A stretch of DNA of 64,000 bases from Octopus vulgaris (lineage: Eukaryota). The position numbers and the translations under genes were made by a program. The stretch is taken from positions 109,244,001 through 109,308,000 of the forward strand of contig OX597818.1 of NCBI GenBank assembly GCA_951406725.2, read 5' to 3'. The notes under the pieces were generated by a model, which saw only the letters and a program-made list of their open reading frames with translations, was not told where the DNA came from and ran no database searches. Positions 12,146 to 24,392 of this stretch are shown piece after piece. Numbering within the stretch: the stretch's first letter is position 1; each line of letters begins with the position of its first letter.

Positions 12146-12797
12146 GTCTATTATAATTATTATTATAATTAACAACTTCTTTATAGAAACAATGCATAAA
12201 ATACTAAATAAAGCACACAATACTTTAAAAAGTAGAGTTAAATATATTAATTGATAAAACTGTATACTAGTCATTAACAAATGTAAAATTCATATATTAA
12301 CCCAAAACAAACATTGTAAATGTTGCTATAAACTCCAGCACTGCCTCGCTTTACGCTCCCACCAAACAAACATTTTTGTCTGAAAGGTTACACTTTTTCA
12401 TTCAAGTTGTTAATACCTTTCAAGCACTTTTGGACTTATTTTCAGTATTCCCAATCCAACAAGCAATAACAGGTAGGCAAACATATATGAAACTGTGGTG
12501 AAACACCAAACCTAAATTAACCTGAATCAACATTGATTCAATAAGCAAAGACCTTCCTATGCCTGATATCTAGACATCTACACTGTGTGTGTGTGTGTGT
12601 GTGGTTGCATGTATGCACACACACACACACATTGATTAAATCACAGGAAATTTAATAAGCAGATTTGAGCCACCAATATTTAATTCCATCAAGATAACTA
12701 TACTTTTTTTTTACATTCTTTCATCTTTTTATGATACAAAACTCTACAAAGAGTATATAAACTTCTCACAAATGTGCACACACATGCATGTACACAG

Positions 12798-12831
<34 letters not shown>

Positions 12832-13679
12832 ACCACCAAAAGAAGATACTATCAGGTTCTCCAGTTCACAGACCAACAATTTCATTAATATTCCGGTAAC
12901 CTACCAGTTAATTCTGAACACTCTTGTATATCTTCCACATCTCTCACATGCAGTACATAATTCAAAGAACTGCCATACAATCACAGTTATCAAGCATTTC
13001 TACCTTTATTATCATCACATACACACACTACAAAACACAAAGGCACATCTGTTTGCCATATATTTCACACACTCTACAAACAGTCGACTTAGAGACCAAA
13101 CACATTTAACCACACCCACTACCCACTTCACACACAGTATCTCAAATAAAAGACCACTCAATTATTTTGAGTTCCTTTTTTTTTTTTTTGCCATTAGAAA
13201 AAAAAAATGAATAACTCAGGATCATATTAAACAGAGCCACAAGATCCACTTTCAAATGAAAAAATAGCTATAAAGAACAGACCTGTTTGTATCTTTTGTG
13301 CTTATTTTAAAGAAATAGTTTTTACTACATTTAATTAATAATTGGTACATGACAGAACACTATTATCTTCTTTAATATGTTTACGCAGAGATTTTAAAAT
13401 GTTATTTAATTCTCACCTTTCTACTTATTTCATTTTAAAAAGTTCCAAGCTACTGTTTGATACAGATGGACTTTCCCTAGTTTTCTCATTGCTAAAGTAG
13501 TCAGACACACATATATTCAAATAGACAGAAATACGAATATATCAGGAAACCAAAAGAGCTGACACAGGATGGGGAACAGTCAGCTGTAATGCCTTCTAAC
13601 CTTATATGCTAGTCTTCAGAGATAATATGGGGTCATTCCGGCGGCGGTGGTGGTGGTTAGTTAAAACTTAGTTCAAAAA

Positions 13680-14610
13680 GTGAAATAGTGTTGTGTAAGA
13701 TATGCATGGCACTGGGAAGAGATGTGGCATCAGAACATACGGCACACAAATGGTTTGCAAAATTTCTTTCTGGGGTTAAATCCTTTGAAGATGGACAATA
13801 TTAAGAAGACCCTCCCTTAAAAATAATGAAAAGTTGAGTATTTGTGTTGACTGTAATTCTCAGATATTGAGCCAAGAATTCTTACAAATATTAGACATAG
13901 ACACTGAAGCTATTCATTGAAATTTGCATCAACTAACAAAATCATGAAAACTAAACAAATGAGTCCCACATGCATCATCAGATGACAATAAACTCAAGAG
14001 AATAGCAATTTGTCCATCACTCCTTTTGCATAACAAAAACAATCCCACATGATTTTGAAGAGTTTAATCACTTGTGAGGGGTAAAAAATTATTCTTATAC
14101 TCAAACAGGAAGATACGTTTCCACTGATTATTACCAAATGATCCAGTACCACACACTTCATCTTCTGAAGGCTATGCTTAGTATGTGAGGGACAGCAGCC
14201 ACTATAGTCCACTTTGAGTTTCTTGATACTGGTCAAACAATTATGGCTGAAATCTACTTGATACAACTGAAGCAATATAGTTTACTTCAAAAGCAGCCAG
14301 GGTCAGTTAATGAAAAGAATGTGATATCCTTAAAATACAAAGCAAGGCTTCATACCACAAAGCTTACTCAGAGACTATTTCAATTTTACAATAGCAGATA
14401 TTCCCTCATCCACCAAATTCCTGATTTCGTTAAGTAATCTTCAACTCTTTTTATCACTAGACAATTATATGCAAAACATTTCCACAATAAACAGAAATTG
14501 AGGAGGAAGTGGCCAGGTTTTTCTTTTCCTTCTGAAGATAAAGTGTTTTATGAAAGCAGGATTAACAAACTTCTCTCATTGGGAAAGAGTTGTGGCTTGT
14601 AAAGGTGTAA
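13680..14610 (+). mobile_element. Ancient mariner transposase fossil
   Basis: KICMALGRDVASEHTAHKWFAKFLSGVKSFED, K*VPHA (WVPH motif), IVHFEFLDTGQTIMAEIY, FPHPPN, HWERVV; many stops and frameshifts; TIRs not recognised. Confidence 0.85.
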
Positions 14611-14799
14611 ATTGTTAACGTTCAGTTACAAGACAAACAAAAAATGTCCCAGCATCTTAGTTGCTTACAACAGAGACTGCTTCATCAGGTTTTGCAGAGT
14701 AAAAGCTTCAGTTGCATTCAGTCAAGTCTCATTGCAACTTTACACTAGATTTATTTACATTTTTTATCTTTTGCTTGTTTTAATCATTAAATAGCAATT

Positions 14800-15258
14800 A
14801 TACTGAGGCATTGCTTTGAATAAATCGACTGCAGCACTTATTTCTTTTTAAGACTGGTATTTATTCTGTTGGTCTCCTTCATCGAACTGTTAAGTTCAGA
14901 GAAGATAAAACACAGCAACATACACAAAGAAAGATGACAAAAGAATAAACAGTCACCTTATGAACTTACAAAGTTCATAAGATAATCATTTGCTCCTTTG
15001 TCATCTATTTTCTTATTAACACTCTGTACTCGACGAACATTTTGTTTAGAAGTATACATATATTAAGTTCTACACCAGGTCATCAATATTACAATGCCTA
15101 AGCAACATATATATATATACACAAACACACACACACACACACAGAACAGGCTTCTTTCAGTTTCTGTCTACCAAATCCACTCACAAGTATCTGGTCAGCC
15201 CAAGGCCATAGTGGAAGACACTTGCCCAAGATGCACACAACAGGACTGAACCTGGATT
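14800..15258 (-). mobile_element. SINE family A, degraded
   Basis: ggcttctttcagtttctgtctaccaaatccactcacaag...gaagacacttgcccaag at 15149-15230 plus decayed tail near 14800-14920. Confidence 0.7.
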
Positions 15259-15555
15259 CAATCCCACTTTGAGCAAGACTCTTCCACCATAGTCTGGTAT
15301 TGAAAAACACCCAAGTGTGAGTGAACAAATAAACTAAACCTCAAATCCACCAAGCTGGGCTTATCGCTTAAAGCACCAGTCAAGAGACTCCGCAGCAAAA
15401 ATGTGCAGAATATAATTATATCAGCATTTCTCACAGAGGAAAGCAGTGTGAGGATTGGAAGTGGGGGACAGGAGAGCAGATAGATTGCCATGATTAAGAA
15501 TTAAGATGGCTTTAAACAAGCTTATCCAACTTTATAACAAAGAAGAACGAAGTAT

Positions 15556-15700
15556 CATCATCATCTTTTAATGTCCATTTTCCATGCTAGCATGGGTTGG
15601 ACAGTTCGACCGGGGTCTGGGAAGCCAGAAGGCTGCACCAGGCTCCAGCTGATCAGGCAGTGTTTCTACAGCTGGATGCCCTTCCTAACGCCAACCACTC
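15556..15700 (-). mobile_element. 5'-truncated family D element with 8-bp TSD
   Basis: CGAAGTAT at 15548-15555 and 15701-15708. Confidence 0.85.
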
Positions 15701-16499
15701 CGAAGTATAGTGATGAAAATTCTATTTTAGCTACAGGTTAATATGGAGGAAGGCAAAAAATTTTCACAAACAAAAATTTCCAGGAACACAATGGAAGAAG
15801 CAGTATTTGCTAGTTTGAGAAGTGCTGGGCTAAGCAATACTAACTGGCTCTAACTTAACATCACTTATGCAAAGTGATAAATACACATTAAGTAATTACG
15901 GGTATCCTTGATAACAGTTAAATATAGTTTCTAAAGGATAGTGTTTCTGTTGACTTGTTCTAGAAACAATGCAATTAAGATATGCATGTATCTGTAACGA
16001 TGAACATTACATGCCAAATTGTGCACAGAGAGTGTATAAGTATGAATATTCAGCTCATTAGGCTATTTTTCCCAAATCCTATAAACATTTAAAAACAGAA
16101 ATCATTTACATAGAACATTAAGAGTATCTATACATATGGACATTTACAGAATTATGAATATGTATAATATCCACAAACACACACTCACACACAAACACAC
16201 ACTGACATCTACATCTATGTGTGATCACTCAAATTATTTTCATATATTTATATTTAAAAACACACATAATACTTGTGTAAATATGTATGTTTCTGTGTGT
16301 AGCAATGGGTGTATATAAATACGGATAGGAGAGTATTATGCAAATCTGTATTTGTACATGAATACATGACTATATATCTCTATGACAGCATGGAAAATGC
16401 ATCTGAAAACAACTCGTATATGTCAATATGCAGATACATAAACATATAAATCTACATTAAAAAGGATCAATATAGCCTTGTTGGACAAATACGTAAATC

Positions 16500-16528
16500 T
16501 ATCATTCATTCATTCATTCATTCATATA

Positions 16529-16568
<40 letters not shown>

Positions 16569-16658
16569 CATATATATATAGATAGACAGATAGATAGATG
16601 GATGGATGGACAGATAGATAGATGGATAGATATACGTAGATAGATAGATAGATAGATA
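16500..16658. repeat. Compound microsatellite (TTCA)n-(GT)n-(GATA/GATG)n
   Basis: direct reading. Confidence 0.9.
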
Positions 16659-16659
16659 G

Positions 16660-17048
16660 GGACTGACATGGCTGTGTGGTTAACAAGCTTGCTTCCCAAC
16701 TATATGGCTTTGGGTTCTGTCACAGTGTGCCCACCTTGGAGAGGTGCTTTCTGCTATAGCTATGGGTAAAAGAAAGCCTTATGAGTGAACTTAGAAGATG
16801 GAAACTGAAAGAAGCCTATCACAAGCATGTGTATATGTATTTGTGTGTACACTCATGGAGGCATCATGTGATGATTGTAACCAAGCCCGCTGTTCATTTC
16901 CGGTCTCTCGTGAAAAATACATGTGGTCATGAGGAAATATTACCTTACTTAGAAACAATGAAGGTTAGTAACAGGAGGGACACCCAGCTGTAGCAAATCT
17001 TGCTTCACCCATGGAAGTATGGAAAAATGGATGTTCAAGATAATAATG
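16660..17048 (+). mobile_element. SINE with family A head and RTE-type tail
   Basis: A head (atggctgtgtggttaacaagcttgcttcccaac...gaaactgaaagaagcc) then ggttagtaacaggagggacacccagctgtag and cccatggaagtatggaaaaatggatgtt tail. Confidence 0.75.
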
Positions 17049-17056
17049 AAGTAGTG

Positions 17057-17210
17057 TTCATATGTGGAGGGTGTATGGGAGCCATAAAAACCAAAGATAG
17101 ACTGAAACTGATTTCCTAAAATGTCCTGCTGGCTCTCTGGAAATTGTAGATAATTTTTGCTACCTAGGTGACCTAATTAGCAGTGGAGGAGGTTGTACAG
17201 AAAGTGTAAT
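17057..17210 (+). mobile_element. RTE LINE RT fragment
   Basis: FICGGCMGAI...FLKCPAGSLEIVDNFCYLGDLISSGGGCTESV. Confidence 0.8.
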
Positions 17211-17213
17211 ATT

Positions 17214-17446
17214 TTTTTTCTTTATTGCCCACTAGGGACTAAACACAGAGGGGACAAACAAGGACAGACAAACGGATTAAGTTGATTATATTGACCCCAG
17301 TGCATAACTGATACTTAATTTATCGACCCCGAAAGGATGAAAGGCAAAGTCGACCTCGGCAGAATTTGAACTCAGAACGTAGTGGCAAACGAAAAACTGC
17401 TAAGCATTTTGCCTAGCATGCTAACGTTTCTGCCAGTTCTCCGCCT
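17214..17446 (-). mobile_element. Young SINE family B
   Basis: closely matches the 9113, 10664, 20956 and 59200 copies. Confidence 0.9.
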
Positions 17447-17449
17447 CCG

Positions 17450-18730
17450 TCAGTCCTCATTCATCTGCATCACATACTATACCAGCACAGTCTTCTCCTT
17501 TCTACACTACATCTTATGCTTCTAATGCCCATTTCTCTCAACACATTTGTAATTAGTTAGACATGCACACTGACATTTCACATCCAGTAAAGCATGCTAG
17601 CTTTATTTCTTTCTAGTCTTTGCATATCCTCTGCAGTTATGGCTCAAGTTTCACAACAATGTAACTGTGCTGTTTGTATATAAGCATCACAGGACCTTCC
17701 TTTCATTCTGAAAAGAGGAAGGATTCCTATGTCGACACAGATTTGCAGGTTCAACTGGAACTGACAAGACAGAGGACTGCACTGGACTCCAAGGTCAGCT
17801 TTGGCATGGTTTCTATAGTTGGATACCCTTCTTAATGTCAACCACTTTACAGAGTGTGGATTGGGTACATTTTATGTGGCACCAGCACTAGAAAGGTCAC
17901 CAAGTAACAGTTCACAAGATACCTCAACTGAGGGGGAGATATTGCATCGAGGGAAGTGAAAGTATGATAGAGGCACAGAAACAGGCGCCATGTGAGAGAG
18001 AGAGAGGGTGGGGAAAGAGAGAGGGAGCAGATCCTCAAGGTGCAAGTGAACATAAGGGAGAAAGGATAAGGACAGCCGATCAGAAAGGGTGGGTGGATGG
18101 ATGGGTAAGTTACCAAAAGATAACAGATTTCTAAACCTTCTCCAGCCATTTTTTTTTCATCCTTATTCTAGCAACTATCTATTCAGAATATTGCCTTCCA
18201 CTACTAATTAGCTCTTCTAGGTGAGAGAAACTATCTTCTCCCTTTTAGGGATCCTGATGGGCATTCCAGAAAATCCATTTCCTCTGTGCTCTCATTGTTT
18301 ATTGCTCCTATGCATCTGCCACAAACAAAGTCTATTTTCTCTGCTAACCTTCCTGTGATTCTGCTGCACCTATTATGTGCATACAGGTTGCACTGACTAC
18401 AAAGCAGGGAGTTTCTGCTAGCAACTTTCAGCCTACATATAAAACAGGGGTATTTATCAGTAGCACTTCAAAACTGCATCTCATCGAGGCTAACTCTCAA
18501 CCTAATTAGTTAGGCTATAACGCTTTCTGCAACTTTCATGACTTGCTCCATCATTTGAAACCTCTGTACTTACTTTAAGCCATGTTCTTTACCTATGTAA
18601 CATTTGATTTTAATGCTGCTGCACCAGCTGTTGAGTATGATACCTTCCTGTAACAGCCTGGTTAATTAGACAGGTGACTAGACTGCATCCCACTCCACCA
18701 GATATTTTGAAGCAGCTCACCAGTAATTCC
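17450..18730 (-). mobile_element. Fragmented RTE LINE, interrupted by a family D fragment (~17740-17915) and a GA-rich tract
   Basis: - strand pieces in expected order: ..QVMKVAESVIA..RVSLDEMQF; SRNSLLCSQCNLYAHNRCSRITGRLAEKIDFVCGRCIGA; ELISSG..IVARIR; RMKGRSCDAYIQTAQLHCCET*AITAEDMQRLERNKASML. Confidence 0.8.
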
Positions 18731-18960
18731 AGATGGACTAGGTCCTTATCTTGCTCACATATCTTTCATTTGCATTATTATGTATCATACTGCTGTCAAC
18801 GAGAATGGCTGGAATCCTCTGTTAGGTTCACATTAAGAACACTCTCTCCCATTCATTCTCCACTTTTAGCAGCCTTTCATAATGATAGCATTTCTATGCT
18901 TCTTTCTTTTCAGAATCACCAAGTGCAAGTGTAACATTATTATTCTGCCATATCTTCAGA

Positions 18961-18981
18961 GTGAGCGAGAGAGCGAGAGAG

Positions 18982-19022
<41 letters not shown>

Positions 19023-19067
19023 GCATGTGTGTGTGTGCATGCATTTGTGTGCACACACACACACATG
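18961..19067. repeat. (GA)n followed by (TG)n/(CA)n fold-back
   Basis: direct reading. Confidence 0.9.
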
Positions 19068-19899
19068 CGTATATAATCCTATATTCCATTTACTTCCTAT
19101 CTTATTTAGCTGTAAAGAAGTATGCTTATGTTTCTCTACATACCCTATTCCTAATATGTCCCATTACCATTCTGTCCAACCGCCTATTTATCTCTAAATC
19201 CTTCCAGCTATCTAATTGATCTTGTGTCTATGTGACTACTTCTCTATTTATTGACTAACTTATATAATGACCTATCGATACGATGATTATATAAATAGAA
19301 CTACCTACATACTCTAACTTTCTATCTGATCACCATACCATCCATCTATTAAATTTTCCATCTGTGTACCCCTTTAATCCAGTTCCTTGATTTTGTTTCT
19401 ATCTGTTTATCTAATTTAATCTAACCTACCCATTTATTCATACACTCTCTTGGTTTATTCCTATCTATTGGTTCTATTCATGTTGTTATTCAACCATCTG
19501 TTTAATTACAAATCCTTTTATTTGTCCACCTCGTTATCTGCCTACCTCACTGTTCTTCTATCCACTTATCTAACCAGCCAGCAACTTATTGAACCATTTG
19601 CAATTTATCACTACATACATATATCCAACTTCTCTTCTGTTTATCTATTTATCAAACAAAGGATGCTATTTCACTAATTAATGTTTATTAGTGTGTTTTA
19701 TTACAAGTAGTAAGAAGATTTTATTAATTTTATTGTTTTCTAGTCCCTTCAATTTTCCCATTTCATTCCGCCTCACGACCATGTCTCCTCCTACTCCCCA
19801 ACAGGAAAACCAGCAAACGTTCAGAAAGGAAATCAAGCATTCTTTTGAATCCTGTGACATCAAATATCCGCAGCATATATGTGCACACACATGGCCATT

Positions 19900-20430
19900 A
19901 ACTGAAAAGCAAGCAGAGAAGCCTTAGTTATTCGGCATTATGAAAGATCCATGACTAAAGACAAGGAAGCCTGGCAAGGCTTCATTGTTCTAACCAGCAA
20001 GCTAAGCAAATACAATAATGAACTTTTTCCATGAAAATACAATGATGGCTCCTTAAAGAGTATTTCTGCAGAAAAAAGCCTCCACATTTGTAGCCTTCTT
20101 TGCATCAAACTCCATACTGCATATAAAAGTAAATCTCTCACTTCACTCCTTTGATTTCACTCCCTCCTCACCACACACACACACACACATACACAGATGC
20201 CAAGTGTGAAAGCATTTAGAGGTGCTTGAAACCAAGGTTGCCAATCCTGATAATATTCCTCAATAAATTACTTTCAACAAATGCATCCCAGACTTCACCA
20301 GAATCCTTTGATCACACTCTGCCCACTACAGACACCTGTACCATTCTTTGGAAACATGCTACAGGGTATCCCATTCCTAAGAAGAGCAACCTCCTCTTGC
20401 TCTGCCAGCTATCAACCAATTGCTTAAGTA
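19900..20430 (+). mobile_element. Decayed CR1/L2/Jockey-group LINE pre-RT fragment
   Basis: NDGSLKSISAEK.STFVAFFASNSIL; KVANPDNIP..NKC; LWKHATGYPIPKKSN..SYQPIA resemble WK.A.V.PIPKKG..NYRPIAL. Confidence 0.65.
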
Positions 20431-20955
20431 TTTTTAAAGTATATCTCAGTTTATAAAATAAAGCCATGATTAGTTCTAAGTTCACCAGATGTGTGCCAAG
20501 ATCTTGTGACTGTATGTAGGTATACGTTTATATATACCAGTGTGTGTGTGTGTGCATTTGTACAAATATATCTTTCGTGGCTCTCTATAAACTTTTAACA
20601 TCGAAACAGTTTTCAAAATGACCATGAAATTTCCATGAGTGCTGTTAGTTATACAGAATTATAACAACTGACTTTGTAATCTGTTTACACAAAACTAGTG
20701 TAATGAAAAAATTCATGGTGCAAGTAGATGAATGGAGCAGAGCAAATCTGGCTTTAGAGGACAGGAAAGGTAAATATGCACACCAAAACAGATGAATTGG
20801 TGAAAAGATACAATATGATTTTATACTTAACAGTAGTAAATTCACAGCTTTCAGTATTCTTTTAACCATGCTTCCCTTCACTTTGAGATTAGATAAATGT
20901 CAGCTGAAAACAAAGTCCTGTTAGGCGTGCTAAACCAACTGTAACTTACAATACC

Positions 20956-21188
20956 TATTTCTTTACTACCCACAAGGGGCTAAACACAGAGAGGACAAAC
21001 AAGGACAGACAAACGGATTAAGTCGATTACATCGACCCCAGTGCGTAACTGGTACTTATTTAATCGACCCCGAAAGGATGAAAGGCAAAGTCGACCTCAG
21101 CAGAATTTGAACTCAGAACATAGTGGCAGACAAAATACTGCTAAGCATTTCACCTGGCGTGCTAACGTTTCTGCCAGCTTGCTGCCTT
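20956..21188 (-). mobile_element. Young SINE family B with TSD
   Basis: ACTTACAATACC at 20944-20955 and 21192-21203. Confidence 0.9.
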
Positions 21189-21683
21189 GTTACTTACAAT
21201 ACCACCAAGGTGTTTCATACTCCCAGTGGTAATCTAGCAAGAAAAGGAAAAGAAGCACACAGGAGAAACTGGAAGGAGTCATGTCTCAGCCGGCAGATGA
21301 ATGACCCGGAAGAGCAAAATGCAAAATATAGCAACTTTGAATTCTTAATCCTTCAAGAAACAGGATAAATCTTGGATATATATAAGAAAATTTTTTAAAA
21401 TTATAATTTAAAAAAAAAAAAACCCACATGACTCCACACCTTTTTGTCTCATTTGTCTCAATACTTTTTGAAATATGATCCACATTCATGAATGATTCCA
21501 AAGAACAGTCACATCTCTGAAGAAAGTGAACAATAGCAAAAGACTTAGCAATGAAAGAGATGAAAAAAACTGATATCTGCTACAAGAAGATTTGCATTAA
21601 ACTATTGTCAAATTAATAAAAGGATAATAATAGTCTCTTCAGATCTAAGTTTCTTGTTCAGAAGAAATTTTTGTATTGTGTGT

Positions 21684-21914
21684 TTAACCCTTTAACACTT
21701 GGAAGATTACTCTGTCAAATGTAACATCTGTTTATCCACACTGTTTTGAATTAATCATGCATTATCTTGTAGCTTTGAGATTTTGATGATGTGGTTGTTT
21801 ATTTTTAGAATGACATTGTAGGATCTGTGTGAGAGGCCAAATCTGGTTGGTTTGAACATAAAACTGGTAGATTATTTGGGCCAGATAAGGCTGGTTTAAA
21901 TACTAAAGGGTTTG
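21684..21914 (+). mobile_element. MITE M2 with TTAA-CCCTTTA termini (piggyBac-like)
   Basis: ttaaccctttaacac ... aaatactaaagggttt; inverted copy at 22603-22822, partial copy at 39569-39650. Confidence 0.7.
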
Positions 21915-22602
21915 TATTTTTACCAGCAGGAAGGCTATCGACCCTCAACTGTGGCTTCAGGAAGCCCAGAGGAATAACGTAACTAATTTCACAACTTAAT
22001 GCTACAGATGCAACTAAGTTTGTAATCATGAAATTTCCAATGAAAGCCTTCTACCTTAAACACCCCACCATTGTATTTGCATATATCTGAAAAACTGATT
22101 GTGGTGAAATGCTGAACATCTTTATCATTTAATTAAATAAGAAAATTTTATTCTCACTACCAAGTCACATTTTCAATTATTTTCTCTTTTTTTTTAATTC
22201 TTAAATTTTAAGAATACTTATTAATTAATTAATTAACATGCATGTGTATAACAAACAAACAAACAAAAGCACACACACGCACAATGAATGATTGTAACAA
22301 GTCTTCAGTGTATGCATAATTGAACCAGTTGAAATTAAAGACTAAGATCATGAACATCTATCATCATCACCACCATCATCATTTGTATTTCCTCTGATTC
22401 CATGCTAGTATGGTTTGGAAAAAAAACTTCTTGAGGCAGCATTCTAAAGTTGGACCCTTCATATTCCTACTTTATTCCTTGTCTTCAGGAGGTTGAACTG
22501 CTGTTAGACTTATTGATGATAGAAACATAAACAAAGTCACCATCAAACTGGCATCCATGCAAAGAGACCCATATACAAACACATACACCTGATTCTGTAC
22601 AG

Positions 22603-22822
22603 TTTAGCATTTAAACCAGTCACACCCAGCCAAAAGATTCTGTTTTTATGCTGCAACTGGCCAGATCTGGACCCTCACACCTATTCTAAAATGTCATTCT
22701 AGAATTTATGCAATCACATCATCAAATTTTTAAAGATATTAAAATAATGCAAAATTAATTCAAAACAATGAGAATAAATAAACATTGAATTTAACAGAAT
22801 AATCTGAATGCTAAAAGCTTCA
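22603..22822 (-). mobile_element. MITE M2, opposite orientation
   Basis: tttagcatttaaaccag...aatgtcattcta...aattaattcaaaaca...aatctgaatgctaaaag is the reverse-complement homologue of 21684-21914. Confidence 0.7.
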
Positions 22823-23709
22823 AGTAAAAAATGAATGCTGTCAACAGTGTGTATTCTGCTTAAAGCACCAAAGTGCCAGGTGGTAGAGTCAAGCTGAGTC
22901 ACTCATGTAAAGCAAGAAGGGATCTGAGCTCAGAATGTAAAAGACTGGAACATGTACAGCAAGGCATCTTGCCAGCTGTTCTAATGATTCTGTATTTCTA
23001 TGCATGGATGCCAGTTTGATGGTGACTTTGTTTCTGTTTCTAATGATTCCATCAGCCTACGCGTAAGGTAACATTGTAGGTTTTTATAAATAAGGAACCA
23101 GCCCTAAATAAGAATCTTGATTATTGGCCCTAGAAGGACAAATACCAAAGTTGGTTTTGGTGGGATTTGCAGGCAGAATGCAGGGTGCTTCATTAAATAC
23201 CAACACTATCATTTCACCATTAAAAAGAAGTACTGATTAAGAAAAGAAATAGCCAGACACAAGCACTCTGAAAAGACATGAATAAGGATAGCAAAGGTTG
23301 AGCATATACGAGCACTAATAAAACATGCTATGTTAAAGCTGGCTCATTCTAATTAATCTGGTATGGAAATGTATTTACATTAACAGCTACTGGTCACAAT
23401 AAACAATGAAAGAAAGAAGAGCAATAACAACAATATTGTAATTATAACAATTATGATATCAATAGACACAACAACAGTAATGATAAAGACAACAACACCA
23501 ACAGGAATAAAAGTAATGATATTAATGATAGTAATACAAATAATGGCAGATGACGATGATGATGATGATGATAACTGTGGGGTTTGAGATGGTAAAAATG
23601 ATTATTTTTTGCCATTTCAAAAGAAACTTTATTACACATTGATTTAAATTTAAACTTGTGTAGGGAATAGGGTCTCAAATGAAAGTGCATATCAGCAAGC
23701 ACCAAGTGT

Positions 23710-23985
23710 GCATACATATGGTATAGTGGTTAAGAGCGCAGGCTACTAACCCCAAGATACCGAGTTCGATTCCAGGCAGGGACTTGAACAACAACAACAG
23801 CAACAACATCAAAAAATACCTGAGGAATGAGGACCCAGGTTCAAAATTTCCTCAAGACACCTGATGAAGGCTGGATGATATATCAGCCAAAACATTGTGT
23901 TAACAACAAACAAAATGAGGACAAATATCCGTCAAATGTAAATAATGTACATAATTCCTCATCTCTTAAATATAAAAACTGTATT
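23710..23985 (+). mobile_element. Family G: tRNA-headed element with hammerhead-ribozyme-like motif (copy 1)
   Basis: A box TGGTATAGTGG 23719-23729, B box GAGTTCGATTCC 23762-23773, (AAC)n linker, GACAC-CTGATGA-A-GGCTG-loop-CAGCC-AAAA-CATT-GTGTT at 23856-23901. Confidence 0.75.
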
Positions 23986-24392
23986 ACTTGCATGTATACT
24001 TATAAATCTGCATGTCATAACCATTTTTGTGCATAGTGGTGGGTGTCCTTGGTCCTCTATATTTGTGATCCTGTGTGTATATTTACTATTTATTTATTCT
24101 TAAGCTGTTGTACTACAATCAGACATTGCAATGCAGCCATAATGGAGTACTATCTTTAAGAGGTTAAGCAGATATGAATTTTAATACATACTTCAGTTTT
24201 TTATGGACCTCTATTTACTTTTATGGAGCTTTATTTATCAAACTGTTAAATAACAGGATATAAAGGGATGCAACAACATTTTTTCAACCAGTGTAAACAT
24301 ACACAGACTCACAAAATGGACATCTGTAAAGGTATTTAGAAAATTACTATTTGTAATTCTCACAACACGAGATATTCAGCAACATTACTTTG

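Noticed and set aside
17057-17720. Internal inversion of a single RTE
   Set aside because: The - piece continues the - strand RTE at 18160-18730, which already covers the same segment as the + piece, so they are two copies.
23710-23780. Functional tRNA gene (also heads at 383, 32458, 34699, 37302)
   Set aside because: A/B boxes are present but acceptor and T stems are incomplete, and each continues into a repeat body; these are SINE heads.
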